Positions 22,045 through 33,389 of a DNA stretch of 64,000 nucleotides are shown one piece after another. Both the position numbers and the translations under genes were made by a program. How positions within the stretch are numbered: position 1 is the first letter of the stretch; every line of letters begins with the position of its first letter. Source of the stretch: Rhynchopus sp. YZ270_cl-10 (taxonomy: Eukaryota); the NCBI GenBank assembly GCA_964035575.1, contig OZ037842.1:62001-126000 (forward strand), read 5' to 3'. Under the pieces are notes generated by a model that ran no database searches, had not been told where the DNA came from, and was given only the letters and a program-made list of their open reading frames with translations.

Positions 22045-22959
22045 TAGGCTAGTTGACGCCACGGGTCGGTTTAGGAATTTTCTGGGAAATCCTGTTCCGT
22101 ACCATCCCGTACCGCCCTCGAACGCTCCCAAATCCCCCCATACCGTCCCATACCCTCCCATACCGTCCCATACCCTCCCGTACCTCCCATACCCTCCCAC
22201 ACTGTCCCATACCGTCCCATACTGTCCCATACCGTCCCGTACCGCCTGTGGGAGTTGCTCTCTTTTGCGTGCGAATTGTACACGAGAACTGCAAACCGGG
22301 CCGGTCTGGGTTTGAGGTATACGGAAAGGCCATAATTTGTGAATTTGCAGCTGGACGACGGCAAATTGACCCCACCACAGCGCGGACAGATTCCGGAAAT
22401 GCCAATCGCGGTATGTTTTGGGGCTGAAAAATTTTCACCTGAAAAATTTTTTGAGCAGCATTTTTTGGCCGAAAATGGGCCCCAGCTATTGTGACTGGGC
22501 TCATATTTTCAAAAATTTAAGTGGTCAAAAAATTGTCCAATTTTCGACATCGACCCCACCACTTTCTGGACGGATTCCGGAAATGCCAAAAAACTGTGCT
22601 TTGGGTCACCCGTTTTTGGGGCCCCTGAGGCGATTTTATATAAAAAACCCACAGGATCACCCTGTTCCCACAACTTTTTTTCAGGAAAAACTTTTTTTTT
22701 TGCGCGCGCGCGCATTTTTTTTTCAGGGTCAGCGAGCGGGAAACGAAAAAAAAGTCGAGCTACCCTAAGTGCATGCACGACCCCCAAACCACTCCCAAAC
22801 CTCCAAAAATCCTCCCATACCACTCCCATACTGTCCCCTACTGTCCCATACCGTCCCATACTGTCCCATACCCTCCCAAATCCTCCCATACCGTCCCATA
22901 CTGTCCCATACCCTCCCAAATCCTCCCATACCCGAATGTCCGTGACGTCAACTAGCCTA
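22045..22959. mobile_element. TIR element with TAGGC termini, 5-bp TSD (TCAAC) and subterminal 10-bp repeat arrays
   Basis: TIR taggctagttgacgccacgg / ccgtgacgtcaactagccta. tcaac on both flanks. (CCGTCCCATA)-type arrays at about 22100-22240 and 22815-22930. Confidence 0.8.
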
Positions 22960-23399
22960 TCAACGCCTTTTAGCGTGGTTTTTTTTTGCGATAACTTCAC
23001 GCATTTTTTTCCCAGGCGAGTGGTAGTTAATTTGCCGAGCGAAGCGAGGCAAATTGAATCCACGAGCCTGGGAAAAAAATAAGTGAAGTATCGCAAAAAA
23101 ATTCGCTAAAAGGCGTTGAATACGTAATTTTATTTCACGTTAAATAAAGTATACGAAAGGATTTGGCACTTTTAGCGTGACTCATTTATTGTGCAATAAC
23201 TAACGAGCCCTCATTACCCTCCTGCCAACGCTACCGGGAATCGTACGTAGCCTACACCGCGTGTACGCATAGCGCGTAGCGTGTGGTCGGGTTCGAAAAG
23301 CTGCCTCAACGGTACACAAAGCTACATCCCGACCTCTTGCCACCCTCAGTGTCCCGACACCTCGGGTTCTAGCGGGAGGTCGGGAAATGGCTGTCGTGC

Positions 23400-23800
23400 A
23401 AGAGCGAGACATTCAGAAGATCCCCGCCCACCACAGAATATCATGCCAGCCACCACCTTCCGCACAATGAAGTAAAGGGGGTGGTGTGTCCTTCGCCTTC
23501 ATAGGTAATGAAGGAGTCGATTTCTTGTTTCGTGAGTGCAGAGTGCGTTGGACTGTCGTGTCGGTAGCCGTCTGGTGTTGCTTCAAGAGACACACGAGCC
23601 TCGGAAACTGGTCTGGTTGCACCCCATGCTTCCTCGCCAATATGCTGTTCAGCTTACTGAACGCTGTCCATTACGACGACAATTTGCACGTGAGATCGTC
23701 ACGGAGATACACTATGTACGAAACGAAGTCGGCTTCCGTGGGCATACCGTCAGGCTTGCCAATGAATTCCTTAAACAGCGGTCCCATTCACGGACGTACG
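23400..23800 (-). pseudogene. Frameshifted tyrosine recombinase fragment (N-terminal core-binding region to box I)
   Basis: Joining frames gives YVREWDR/FKEFIGKPDGMPTEADFVSYIVYLRDDLTCKLSS*WTAFSKLNSILARKHGVQPDQFPRLVCLLKQ.../ALTKQEIDSFIT.../YFIVRKVVAGMIFCGGRGSSECLAL, resembling Crypton-type YRs. One stop and at least 3 frameshifts. Confidence 0.65.
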
Positions 23801-23898
23801 GTGTCGACAATGCCAGTCCTTCAGCAAAACCACTGTGGTGCTTGTCCATCTCCTGTCGGAGGGCCGTTTGCGTCTTACATCCTTCAGCATGTTGCATG

Positions 23899-24539
23899 CA
23901 GAGGTTTTTTTACGGGGGGGTGGGGGGGGGTTTCACCCCCCCCCCCCCACGATTTTTTTTCCGGCTTTTGGGGGGGTGAAAATAAAATTTTTTTTTGGAA
24001 AATAAAAAAAAAATCTTGATGGTGTTCTCTTACTCTCCCCCCGATACCTTTCTCGCGCCCCAAGAACCATTCTAAGGGAGTTAGAGGGTGGGCGTGTTTT
24101 CCTAGAATTTGACGGACAGAGCTCGTAGAACCCAACGAGGAATGAGAAAAAAGGATATGGCGAAATCATAAAAGTAGCGTACCGTGCGCCTGCGGCGCAA
24201 GCTTACTGTAAATTGTATGACATGGTACTGGGTACTTAACTCAAAAAAGTGGACGGCATCTAAAAATTTCCGCCTGCGGCGCGGCAGCCCTGACCCAGTT
24301 TCTCCCTTTTCTTGTTCAGTCCGCAGGATCACTTGGCCCTTACACTGATGTTGACCAAAAGCCAAGAACTTGTCCATTTCGTCAAATTGACCCCACCACA
24401 GCGCGGACGGATTCCAAAAATCCCCCACGAACCAGCTTCTCCAGGGGCTTCGCGCGCGAAGCGCGCGAAAAATTTTGCAACCCGAAAAACACCTCACCCC
24501 CCCTAAGGTCAAAAAAACCGGTCCCAAAAAAAACCTCTG
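23899..24539. mobile_element. hAT/P-like MITE with CAG termini and 8-bp TSD GTTGCATG
   Basis: TIR cagaggttttttt / aaaaaaacctctg. gttgcatg at 23891-23898 and 24540-24547. Confidence 0.85.
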
Positions 24540-24854
24540 GTTGCATGTGTCAAAAAAAAAAAATGGGAAAAGGGCAAAAAAAATTCGAAATTTTCAATTT
24601 TTAGGCGGGTGGTGGTGCAGGATGTGCCAAAATTTAGCGTGAAGTTATCGCCAAAAAAAACCCCTGTTTTAGCGTGAAAAAAACAAAAATAAAATCACGC
24701 TCTGAAGGAATTGCAGTGAAAAAAAGTGAAAACGCGTGAAATAAAGTTCAATTAGCGTGGTTTTTATTTGCGAAAAAAACACGGCGTGAAATTATCATTA
24801 AAAAGAATCACGCTAAAAGTGCCAAATCCTTCGTATACTTTATTTAACTGTGGA

Positions 24855-24891
<37 letters not shown>

Positions 24892-25818
24892 AAATGCACA
24901 TATAAGGGGCGCTGTGATTACAAGAGAGAAACTGTCGCAAATATTTGTAACAATTCTTCCCAGGTATTTTTATTTTGTGGGAAACAATAAAAATAGAAAA
25001 CAAATGAGGAGAAAGCACCCAAAAAAATCCGACTGCTTTTTTGAGGAGACAAAACAAAACACATCATACACTCGTGAGAGAAAAGGGTGAACACGAAAGA
25101 GAGGTACTGCCAAAGCTTGTTAAAAAAAACAACAAAAATAAAAGACGAAGTTCATAAACCCTAAGCCCTCTTGTGCTTCTTCGGCACCTAAAAAAAAAAA
25201 AAGCGAAACAAGAGGGAGGGGTATATCTACAGTACAACTGTGGTCAGGGAGGCGAGAGGCATCTGCTTTTATGATAGAATAATAGAAGACACTCACGGAA
25301 AATATGGGTGTGGAGAGCGACCATTGATTCAGGCAGCAACGTCCTGGCATGTAAGGGGCTTATTCTCACTTTGGAGTTTGCAAATTTTTTTCAAAAACCT
25401 GTGCAATTTGCCACCTATACGATAGCCACATTTGAGTGGGGAACCTGGAAAAAAAAAAATGCGAAAACAACAAAATATTTCACAAACAAAAAAAAGTGAT
25501 TCCTTTGAATTTAAATTCGTTGATTAAAAGGCTAATACCGTGTGCACAGTGTTAGTCTTCGAAAAGATTTTGTATGATGACCCGCCTCACGTGCTTAGTC
25601 ACATTTAAAGAAAAAAACAAAAAGCCAAAATGATGCTTGTTGCTCATAATATGGGATTTATAAAAAAGAAAAAATGGTTTTCCCAAGTGTCCGAGCCCTT
25701 ATAGGTGCACAAAAAAAACCCCACACCTTTCCAATAAAAAAAAGAGTACAGGTTTTTGCTGATAACACGAGAAAAAGAGAAGAAACATATTTGATGAGCT
25801 TTTTTGGTTGCTTTTTTT

Positions 25819-25917
25819 CACGGGTTGCCTACGATCGTAGTACGATCGTTTACGATCGTACCAAAAAACGATCGTAACGATCGTAAAATATCGTACTACG
25901 ATCGTAGGCAACCCGTG
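25819..25917. mobile_element. 99-bp palindromic MITE with CAC...GTG termini, built from TACGATCG units
   Basis: 28-bp perfect arms cacgggttgcctacgatcgtagtacgat / atcgtactacgatcgtaggcaacccgtg. T7 on both flanks. Confidence 0.8.
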
Positions 25918-26906
25918 TTTTTTATACCCTGGTTTGTATTAGTGTACATATATTTCATCAAATACGTGAATACCGGCGAACACAGACCCAACACAGACTA
26001 TTCCGTATTGCCGTTCCTGGATGCAAAAGTGAACTCCATCATCCCTTTCGAGAAGGAAAGATGAACGTGCCTCGGCATACAACGCTTCTACAAAACAACG
26101 GCATTTTAGACAGATTCACGCTTTGCATCACATCCTTCACACCGAGTGGGGAGGTGTTCGTTTTGTTTTATTTGTTATTTGTTCAAAGAGGGGAAAGTTT
26201 TTCACTAATAAATGATTCTGCTTGAGTGCTCGTTTCCGTTCATTGCCATGCATGTTGAGAGAGTTATTGCTGTGAAACCAAGATCATTAGTTTCATTAAA
26301 AAAAAAAAAAAAAAAGACAAACTTCACAGTTGTCTCACGCTTCGCAAAAAACGGCTACTACACAGCAAAGTGAGACTACCGCATGGGCGTCGTCACAATG
26401 CAATTTAATATGTCATGGTGTGCCATGAAAAAAAAGTCAAAAAATAAAATTGTAGTTTTGGATGGCAGGCACTTCCGACTGACCCACTCACGCCACCAGC
26501 CCCGGATGAAAGCATAAGTACCCTGCGGCCAACAACAGAAGATGTGAAAAGCAAACCGAACGGCTTGCCAGTCCCGTCGTGTGAACAATAAAAAATATAA
26601 GAACGTTTTTGGATAAATGCAAAAAAAGCGGCCTTTTTGCCAAAAACATGGTACAAAAACTACAGCTTGTTTCTTTCAGGGAAAAGCGTACGACGCTTCA
26701 AAACAATGGGATAGATAGTGAATGGAGAGGAAGGTATAAAACTCATAAGAGGCACGACCTCAAAGAATCAGGTTGGCAAAGATGTGGAGACTGGTTTCGT
26801 TTGGCACCGCCAGTCCCGTTTGGTTTTCTTTCTTCAGTCTGCCCTGGGGATAATGGGCTATCGCGAGGGCAAGGCGACTGGAGACATATCATATGATCTA
26901 TTAAGG

Positions 26907-29900
26907 CTAGTACAAGCCCATTTCATAGCGAGAACCCTCGCCATTGGTATCCGGGTCCTCGTTGTGGCTGTAGAAGTCGTTGTCGGGGCCCATTTCCGTC
27001 ATGTAGTCGTCAAGCTGCTGGATGTGGAACGACTCCTTCGACTTATCGGTACGCATCTTCATGACAGCAGCAGCAATGCACCCACAAAGCAGCAGCACCG
27101 AACCAACAATCACAAAGATTATCCAAATCGGGAAGCCGCTGTCGTCGTCTGCCTGAGGTGTCTGGCCCGCAGCACCAGCAGCGCTCAGGTCACATCTCTG
27201 CAGCCACACAGGGGTGCTCGAGAAGCCAGCGGTGCTATGCTTGGTCCACCCAGCCGTAAAGGGAACACCAGTGCCCTTCGCATAGGCAAAGGTCCACTGC
27301 TTCCGCGACAGCAGGTTGTAATCCCCGTCCTCGACGTAGCGGATGAAGGAGAACATGATCTGGTTGTTCTTCGCCGTCTGCTTCAAGGTCACCTGCGTCT
27401 GTGAGGGAGACTCCTGCGGCGTGCCGGTTGCCCTCATCACAGTCGACGCCTTCACCTGCGCCCCAAGGGTTGCCGCATAGATCTGCAGCCCCTGCATACC
27501 CGTCCCTGTGCTGCTCGCCTCACGGATGCCCATCGCTGTCCAGTCTGTCAGATCTGCGTCCATTGTCACAGTGAACAGCACAGCGTCCTTCAGGTCGCGT
27601 TCTGCTGTTGCCTGGTCCACACCCACCAGACCGAGCTGGTACGTGATCTGGATCCCCGTTGCCGCAAACGCTACGTCCTGTGCAGGTGACTCCACGTTGT
27701 CCACAGCGCAGGGGTAGAACCCAGTTGTGCCCCCACCCGACCCAGCAGGTGCGTTGGTAGGTGCGTTGGTCTGTGGTGCCAGCGTTCTCCCTGGTGAGTC
27801 AGTGAGCGGGACACGTGACGCACCGGGAGGTGCCTCCGTGCTGCCAGGAGCGTACGTGGGTGGCGACAGCGTGAGGGGTGACAGCGTGGCCGGCGCATCT
27901 GTCTGTGGGGGCAGTGTGACTCCAGGAACATTGGTGATAGGGGCCAACGTGGAGCCTGCCGGTGCCTGGGTTGTGTCAGGAGAGTATGTACCTGGTACCA
28001 GCGTAGGAGGTGCTTGTGTTGCAGGTGCGTCAGTCTGTGGGGGCAGTGTGACACCAGGAACATTGGTGATAGGGGCCAACGTGGATCCTGGTGGTGCCTG
28101 GGTTGTGTCAGGAGAGTACGTGCCTGGTACCAGCGTAGGAGGTGCCTGTGTGGCAGGTGCGTCCGTCTGTGGGGGCAGTGTGACTCCAGGAACATTGGTG
28201 ATAGGAGCCAACGTAGAGCCTGCCGGTGCCTGAGTCGTGTCAGGAGAGTACGTGCCCGGTATCAGTGTAGGAGGTGCCTGTGTGGCAGGTGCGTCCGTCT
28301 GTGGGGGCAGTGTGACACCAGGAACATTGGTGATAGGAGCCAACGTGGATCCTGCCGGTGCCTGAGTCGTAGTTGGTGAGTATGTACCTGGAACAAGGGT
28401 CGGAGGTGCTTGTGTTGCAGGTGCGTCCGTCTGTGGGGGCAGTGTGACTCCAGGAACATTGGTGACAGGAGCCAACGTAGAGCCTGCCGGTGCCTGGGTT
28501 GTGTCAGGAGAGTACGTGCCTGGTACCAGTGTAGGAGGTGCTTGTGTGGCAGGTGCGTCCGTCTGTGGGGGCAGTGTGACTCCAGGAACATTGGTGATAG
28601 GGGCCAACGTAGAGCCTGCCGGTGCCTGAGTCGTAGTTGGTGAGTATGTACCTGGAACAAGGGTCGGAGGTGCTTGTGTTGCAGGTGCGTCCGTCTGTGG
28701 GGGCAGTGTGACTCCAGGAACATTGGTGATAGGAGCCAACGTGGATCCTGCTGGTGCCTGGGTCGTAGTTGGTGAGTATGTACCTGGTACCAGCGTAGGA
28801 GGTGATTGTGTGGCAGGTGCGTCAGTCTGTGGGGGCAGTGTGACTCCAGGAACATTGGTGATAGGAGCCAACGTGGAGCCTGCCGGTGCCTGAGTCGTAG
28901 TTGGTGAGTATGTACCTGGAACAAGAGTCGGAGGTGCTTGTGTTAGAGGTGCGACTGTCGGTGGCGCATCCGTCAGAGGCACAGGTGCCATTGTATCGGG
29001 TGCTGTGGTGCGTGGTGCGGTCGTGGCAGGTGCGGCTGTGGAAGGAGCAGTAGTTGGTGGTGCATTTGTCGCTGGTGCTGGAGTTGGAGGCGCTGGTGTG
29101 TCGCACTTGTCAATGGTCAAGGACTGGCGTCCACGGTTAGCTCCGCCGTGGTTTGCCCAGGTTGATCCAACTTCGCCAGTTCCCACTGCAAACGCAATTC
29201 CAAACGCAGTACCAAACACAAGCGACTTCGTGCTGCTCATAGGGTCCATGTCATAAATGTTACGCTGGAACGTGCATGTCAGTGACCCTCCTGTTTCTGT
29301 CGATGTTCCCGGAGTTGTCTCAGTGTTATCCTGTGTTGTGGGTGCTCCAACGCCAGCCACCTGAGCGAATCCTTGTGGGTTCACGGAAGTCGAGCAGGCA
29401 ACAATGTTCAGACCGTTCATGTTGGCAGGTGAGGCATCATCAGCAAACCCAAGTGCTGCGTACTGTGGTGTGGAGCCAGAGTTCAAAGTGAGGGTGAACT
29501 GCACCTGGTCCTGTCCTGCATCCTTCCCAACAACATACGACACCTGAATGCTGCCAAGGTTCATATTGTTGCTTGGGCACGAGGCAACAAAACCAGAAGG
29601 TGGCACTGCAGGAGCCGGTGTCGGCGGGGCAGCTGTAAGTGGTGCGGTCGTGGCAGGTGCGGCTGTGGAAGGAGCAGTAGTTGGTGGTGCATTTGTCGCT
29701 GGTGCTGGAGTTGGAGGCGCTGGTGTGTCGCACTTGTCAATGGTCAAGGACTGACGTCCGCGGTTAGCTCCGCCGTGGTTTGCCCAGGTTGATCCAACTT
29801 CGCCAGTTCCGACTGCAAACGCAATTCCAAACGCAGTACCAAACACAAGCGACTTCGTGCTGCTCATAGGGTCCATGTCATAAATGTTACGCTGGAACGT

Positions 29901-32900
29901 GCATGTCAGTGACCCTCCTGTTTCTGTCGATGTTCCAGGAGTTGTCTCAGTGTTGTCCTGTGTTGTGGGTGCTCCAACGCCAGCCACCTGAGCGAATCCT
30001 TGTGGGTTCACAGAAGTCGAGCAGGCAACAATGTTCAGACCGTTCATGTTGGCAGGTGAGGCATCATCAGCAAACCCAAGTGCTGCGTACTGTGGTGTGG
30101 AACCAGAGTTCAAAGTGAGGGTGAACTGCACCTGGTCCTGTCCTGCATCATTCCCAACAACATACGACACCTGAATGCTGCCAAGGTTCATATTGTTGCT
30201 TGGGCACGAGGCAACAAAACCAGAAGGTGGCACTGCAGGAGCCGGTGTCGGCGGGGCAGCTGTAAGTGGTGCGGTCGTGGCAGGTGCGGCTGTGGAAGGA
30301 GCAGTAGTTGGTGGTGCATTTGTCGCTGGTGCTGGAGTTGGAGGCGCTGGTGTGTCGCACTTGTCAATGGTCAAGGACTGACGTCCGCGGTTAGCTCCGC
30401 CGTGGTTTGCCCAGGTTGATCCAACTTCGCCAGTTCCGACTGCAAACGCAATTCCAAACGCAGTACCAAACACAAGCGACTTCGTGCTGCTCATAGGGTC
30501 CATGTCATAAATGTTACGCTGGAACGTGCACGTCAGTGACCCACCTGTTTCTGTCGATGTTCCCGGAGTTGTCTCAGTGTTGTCCTGTGTTGTGGGTGCT
30601 CCAACGCCAGCCACCTGAGCGAATCCTTGTGGGTTCACAGAAGTCGAGCAGGCAACAATGTTCAGACCGTTCATGTTGGCAGGTGTAGCATCATCAGCAA
30701 ACCCGAGTGCTGCGTACTGTGGTGTGGAGCCAGAGTTCAAAGTGAGGGTGAACTGCACCTGGTCCTGTCCTGCATCATTCCCAACAACATACGATACCTG
30801 AATGCTGCCAAGGTTCACATTGTTGCTTGGGCACGAGGCAACAAAACCAGACGCTGGCACTGCAGGAGCTGGTGTCGGCGGGGCAGCTGTTGGTGGTGCT
30901 GGGGTTGGTGGTGTCGGAGTTGGTGGTGCTGGAGTTGGCGGCGCTGGTGTGTCGCACTTGTCAATGGTCAAGGACTGGCGTCCGCGGTTAGCTCCGCCGT
31001 GGTTTGCCCAGGTTGATCCAACTTCGCCAGTTCCCACTGCAAACGCAATTCCAAACGCAGTACCAAACACAAGCGACTTCGTGCTGCTCATAGGGTCCAT
31101 GTCATAAATGTTACGCTGGAACGTGCACGTCAGTGACCCACCTGTTTCTGTCGATGTTCCAGGAGTTGTCTCAGTGTTATCCTGTGTTGTGGGTGCTCCA
31201 ACGCCAGCCACCTGAGCGAATCCTTGTGGGTTCACGGAAGTCGAGCAGGCAACAATGTTCAGACCGTTCATGTTGGCAGGTGAGGCATCATCAGCAAACC
31301 CAAGTGCTGCGTACTGTGGTGTGGAACCAGAGTTCAAAGTGAGGGTGAACTGCACCTGGTCCTGTCCTGCATCATTCCCAACAACATACGATACCTGAAT
31401 GCTGCCAAGGTTCACATTGTTGCTTGGGCACGAGGCAACAAAACCAGACGCTGGCACTGCAGGAGCTGGTGTCGGCGGGGCAGCTGTTGGTGGTGCTGGG
31501 GTTGGTGGTGTCGGAGTTGGTGGTGCTGGAGTTGGCGGCGCTGGTGTGTCGCACTTGTCAATGGTCAAGGACTGGCGTCCGCGGTTAGCTCCGCCGTGGT
31601 TTGCCCAGGTTGATCCAACTTCGCCAGTTCCGACTGCAAACGCAATTCCAAACGCAGTACCAAACACAAGCGACTTCGTGCTGCTCATAGGGTCCATGTC
31701 ATAAATGTTACGCTGGAACGTGCATGTCAGTGACCCACCTGTTTCTGTCGATGCTCCAGGAGTTGTCTCAGTGTTATCCTGTGTTGTGGGTGCTCCAACG
31801 CCAGCCACCTGAGCGAATCCTTGTGGGTTCACAGAAGTCGAGCAGGCAACAATGTTCAGACCGTTCATGTTGGCAGGTGTAGCATCATCAGCAAACCCGA
31901 GTGCTGCGTACTGTGGTGTGGAGCCAGAGTTCAAAGTGAGGGTGAACTGCACCTGGTCCTGTCCTGCATCATTCCCAACAACATACGATACCTGAATGCT
32001 GCCAAGGTTCACATTGTTGCTTGGGCACGAGGCAACAAAACCAGACGCTGGCACTGCAGGAGCTGGTGTCGGCGGGGCAGCTGTTGGTGGTGCTGGGGTT
32101 GGTGGTGTCGGAGTTGGTGGTGCTGGAGTTGGCGGCGCTGGTGTGTCGCACTTGTCAATGGTCAAGGACTGGCGTCCGCGGTTAGCTCCGCCGTGGTTTG
32201 CCCAGGTTGATCCAACTTCGCCAGTTCCCACTGCAAACGCAATTCCAAACGCAGTACCAAACACAAGCGACTTCGTGCTGCTCATAGGGTCCATGTCATA
32301 AATGTTACGCTGGAACGTGCATGTCAGTGACCCACCTGTTTCTGTCGATGTTCCAGGAGTTGTCTCAGTGTTATCCTGTGTTGTGGGTGCTCCAACGCCA
32401 GCCACCTGAGCGAATCCTTGTGGGTTCACAGAAGTCGAGCAGGCAACAATGTTCAGACCGTTCATGTTGGCAGGTGTAGCATCATCAGCAAACCCAAGTG
32501 CTGCGTACTGTGGTGTGGAGCCAGAGTTCAAAGTGAGGGTGAACTGCACCTGGTCCTGTCCTGCATCATTCCCAACAACATACGACACCTGAATGCTGCC
32601 AAGGTTCACATTGTTGCTTGGGCACGAGGCAACAAAACCAGACGCTGGCACTGCAGGAGCTGGTGTCGGCGGGGCAGCTGTTGGTGGTGCTGGAGTTGGC
32701 GGCGCTGGTGTGTCGCACTTGTCAATGGTCAAGGACTGACGTCCACGGTTAGCTCCGCCGTGGTTTGCCCAGGTTGATCCAACTTCGCCAGTTCCGACTG
32801 CAAACGCAATTCCAAACGCAGTACCAAACACAAGCGACTTTGTGCTGCTCATAGGGTCCATGTCATAAATGTTACGCTGGAACGTGCATGTCAGTGACCC

Positions 32901-33263
32901 ACCTGTTTCTGTCGATGTTCCAGGAGTTGTCTCAGTGTTGTCCTGTGTTGTGGGTGCTCCAACGCCAGCCACCTGAGCGAATCCTTGTGGGTTCACGGAA
33001 GTCGAGCAGGCAACAATGTTCAGACCGTTCATGTTGGCAGGTGAGGCATTATCAGCAAACCCAAGTGCTGCGTACTGTGGTGTGGAGCCAGAGTTCAAAG
33101 TGAGGGTGAACTGCACTTGGTCCTGTCCTGCATCATTCCCAACAACATACGACACCTGAATGCTGCCAAGGTTCACGTTTTTAGAGCTGCAAGAACCCGC
33201 GGTGAATTGACCCAGACATACGGAAATTTGGGTGAGCAGTACAACTGCCGTGAGGGACTTCAT
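26907..33263 (-). CDS. DOMON-like/mucin type I membrane protein, paralog 3 (2118 aa; 8 DOMON-like domains)
   Basis: Signal peptide, 7 nearly identical domains (ANMNGLNIVAC...STWANHGGANRG), an 8x44-aa stalk, a membrane-proximal domain, a TM helix and an acidic Tyr-containing tail. Confidence 0.92.
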   Translation of the reverse strand: MKSLTAVVLLTQISVCLGQFTAGSCSSKNVNLGSIQVSYVVGNDAGQDQVQFTLTLNSGSTPQYAALGFADNASPANMNGLNIVACSTSVNPQGFAQVAGVGAPTTQDNTETTPGTSTETGGSLTCTFQRNIYDMDPMSSTKSLVFGTAFGIAFAVGTGEVGSTWANHGGANRGRQSLTIDKCDTPAPPTPAPPTAAPPTPAPAVPASGFVASCPSNNVNLGSIQVSYVVGNDAGQDQVQFTLTLNSGSTPQYAALGFADDATPANMNGLNIVACSTSVNPQGFAQVAGVGAPTTQDNTETTPGTSTETGGSLTCTFQRNIYDMDPMSSTKSLVFGTAFGIAFAVGTGEVGSTWANHGGANRGRQSLTIDKCDTPAPPTPAPPTPTPPTPAPPTAAPPTPAPAVPASGFVASCPSNNVNLGSIQVSYVVGNDAGQDQVQFTLTLNSGSTPQYAALGFADDATPANMNGLNIVACSTSVNPQGFAQVAGVGAPTTQDNTETTPGASTETGGSLTCTFQRNIYDMDPMSSTKSLVFGTAFGIAFAVGTGEVGSTWANHGGANRGRQSLTIDKCDTPAPPTPAPPTPTPPTPAPPTAAPPTPAPAVPASGFVASCPSNNVNLGSIQVSYVVGNDAGQDQVQFTLTLNSGSTPQYAALGFADDASPANMNGLNIVACSTSVNPQGFAQVAGVGAPTTQDNTETTPGTSTETGGSLTCTFQRNIYDMDPMSSTKSLVFGTAFGIAFAVGTGEVGSTWANHGGANRGRQSLTIDKCDTPAPPTPAPPTPTPPTPAPPTAAPPTPAPAVPASGFVASCPSNNVNLGSIQVSYVVGNDAGQDQVQFTLTLNSGSTPQYAALGFADDATPANMNGLNIVACSTSVNPQGFAQVAGVGAPTTQDNTETTPGTSTETGGSLTCTFQRNIYDMDPMSSTKSLVFGTAFGIAFAVGTGEVGSTWANHGGANRGRQSLTIDKCDTPAPPTPAPATNAPPTTAPSTAAPATTAPLTAAPPTPAPAVPPSGFVASCPSNNMNLGSIQVSYVVGNDAGQDQVQFTLTLNSGSTPQYAALGFADDASPANMNGLNIVACSTSVNPQGFAQVAGVGAPTTQDNTETTPGTSTETGGSLTCTFQRNIYDMDPMSSTKSLVFGTAFGIAFAVGTGEVGSTWANHGGANRGRQSLTIDKCDTPAPPTPAPATNAPPTTAPSTAAPATTAPLTAAPPTPAPAVPPSGFVASCPSNNMNLGSIQVSYVVGKDAGQDQVQFTLTLNSGSTPQYAALGFADDASPANMNGLNIVACSTSVNPQGFAQVAGVGAPTTQDNTETTPGTSTETGGSLTCTFQRNIYDMDPMSSTKSLVFGTAFGIAFAVGTGEVGSTWANHGGANRGRQSLTIDKCDTPAPPTPAPATNAPPTTAPSTAAPATTAPRTTAPDTMAPVPLTDAPPTVAPLTQAPPTLVPGTYSPTTTQAPAGSTLAPITNVPGVTLPPQTDAPATQSPPTLVPGTYSPTTTQAPAGSTLAPITNVPGVTLPPQTDAPATQAPPTLVPGTYSPTTTQAPAGSTLAPITNVPGVTLPPQTDAPATQAPPTLVPGTYSPDTTQAPAGSTLAPVTNVPGVTLPPQTDAPATQAPPTLVPGTYSPTTTQAPAGSTLAPITNVPGVTLPPQTDAPATQAPPTLIPGTYSPDTTQAPAGSTLAPITNVPGVTLPPQTDAPATQAPPTLVPGTYSPDTTQAPPGSTLAPITNVPGVTLPPQTDAPATQAPPTLVPGTYSPDTTQAPAGSTLAPITNVPGVTLPPQTDAPATLSPLTLSPPTYAPGSTEAPPGASRVPLTDSPGRTLAPQTNAPTNAPAGSGGGTTGFYPCAVDNVESPAQDVAFAATGIQITYQLGLVGVDQATAERDLKDAVLFTVTMDADLTDWTAMGIREASSTGTGMQGLQIYAATLGAQVKASTVMRATGTPQESPSQTQVTLKQTAKNNQIMFSFIRYVEDGDYNLLSRKQWTFAYAKGTGVPFTAGWTKHSTAGFSSTPVWLQRCDLSAAGAAGQTPQADDDSGFPIWIIFVIVGSVLLLCGCIAAAVMKMRTDKSKESFHIQQLDDYMTEMGPDNDFYSHNEDPDTNGEGSRYEMGLY
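27890..28945 (-). repeat. Coding tandem repeat, 132 bp (44 aa), 8 units
   Basis: PGTYSP anchors every 132 bp from about 27979 to 28903. Confidence 0.93.
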
Positions 33264-33389
33264 GTGATATTAATTTGATAAAACGACCACTGTGTTGTGA
33301 CGCCTGTTGGGAGTGTGACATGCAGGGTGAGGATTGGAATGTCGGAACTATGTCCACACAAGGAGTTATATGAGGGGGGGGGGGGGGTA

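Larger units (their letters stand above)
23139..24849. mobile_element. Inverted-repeat-bounded element carrying a tyrosine-recombinase relic (Crypton-like)
   Basis: About 40-bp IR gttaaataaagtatacgaa(a)ggatttggcacttttagcgtga / tcacgctaaaagtgccaaatccttcgtatactttatttaac. A related small IR unit is adjacent (22033-23122). Confidence 0.55.

Noticed and set aside
209..33103. Many plus-strand Gly/Val-rich or Cys/Arg-rich ORFs overlapping the DOMON genes
   Set aside because: They are antisense shadows of Pro/Thr/Ala-rich repeat codons and have no independent features.
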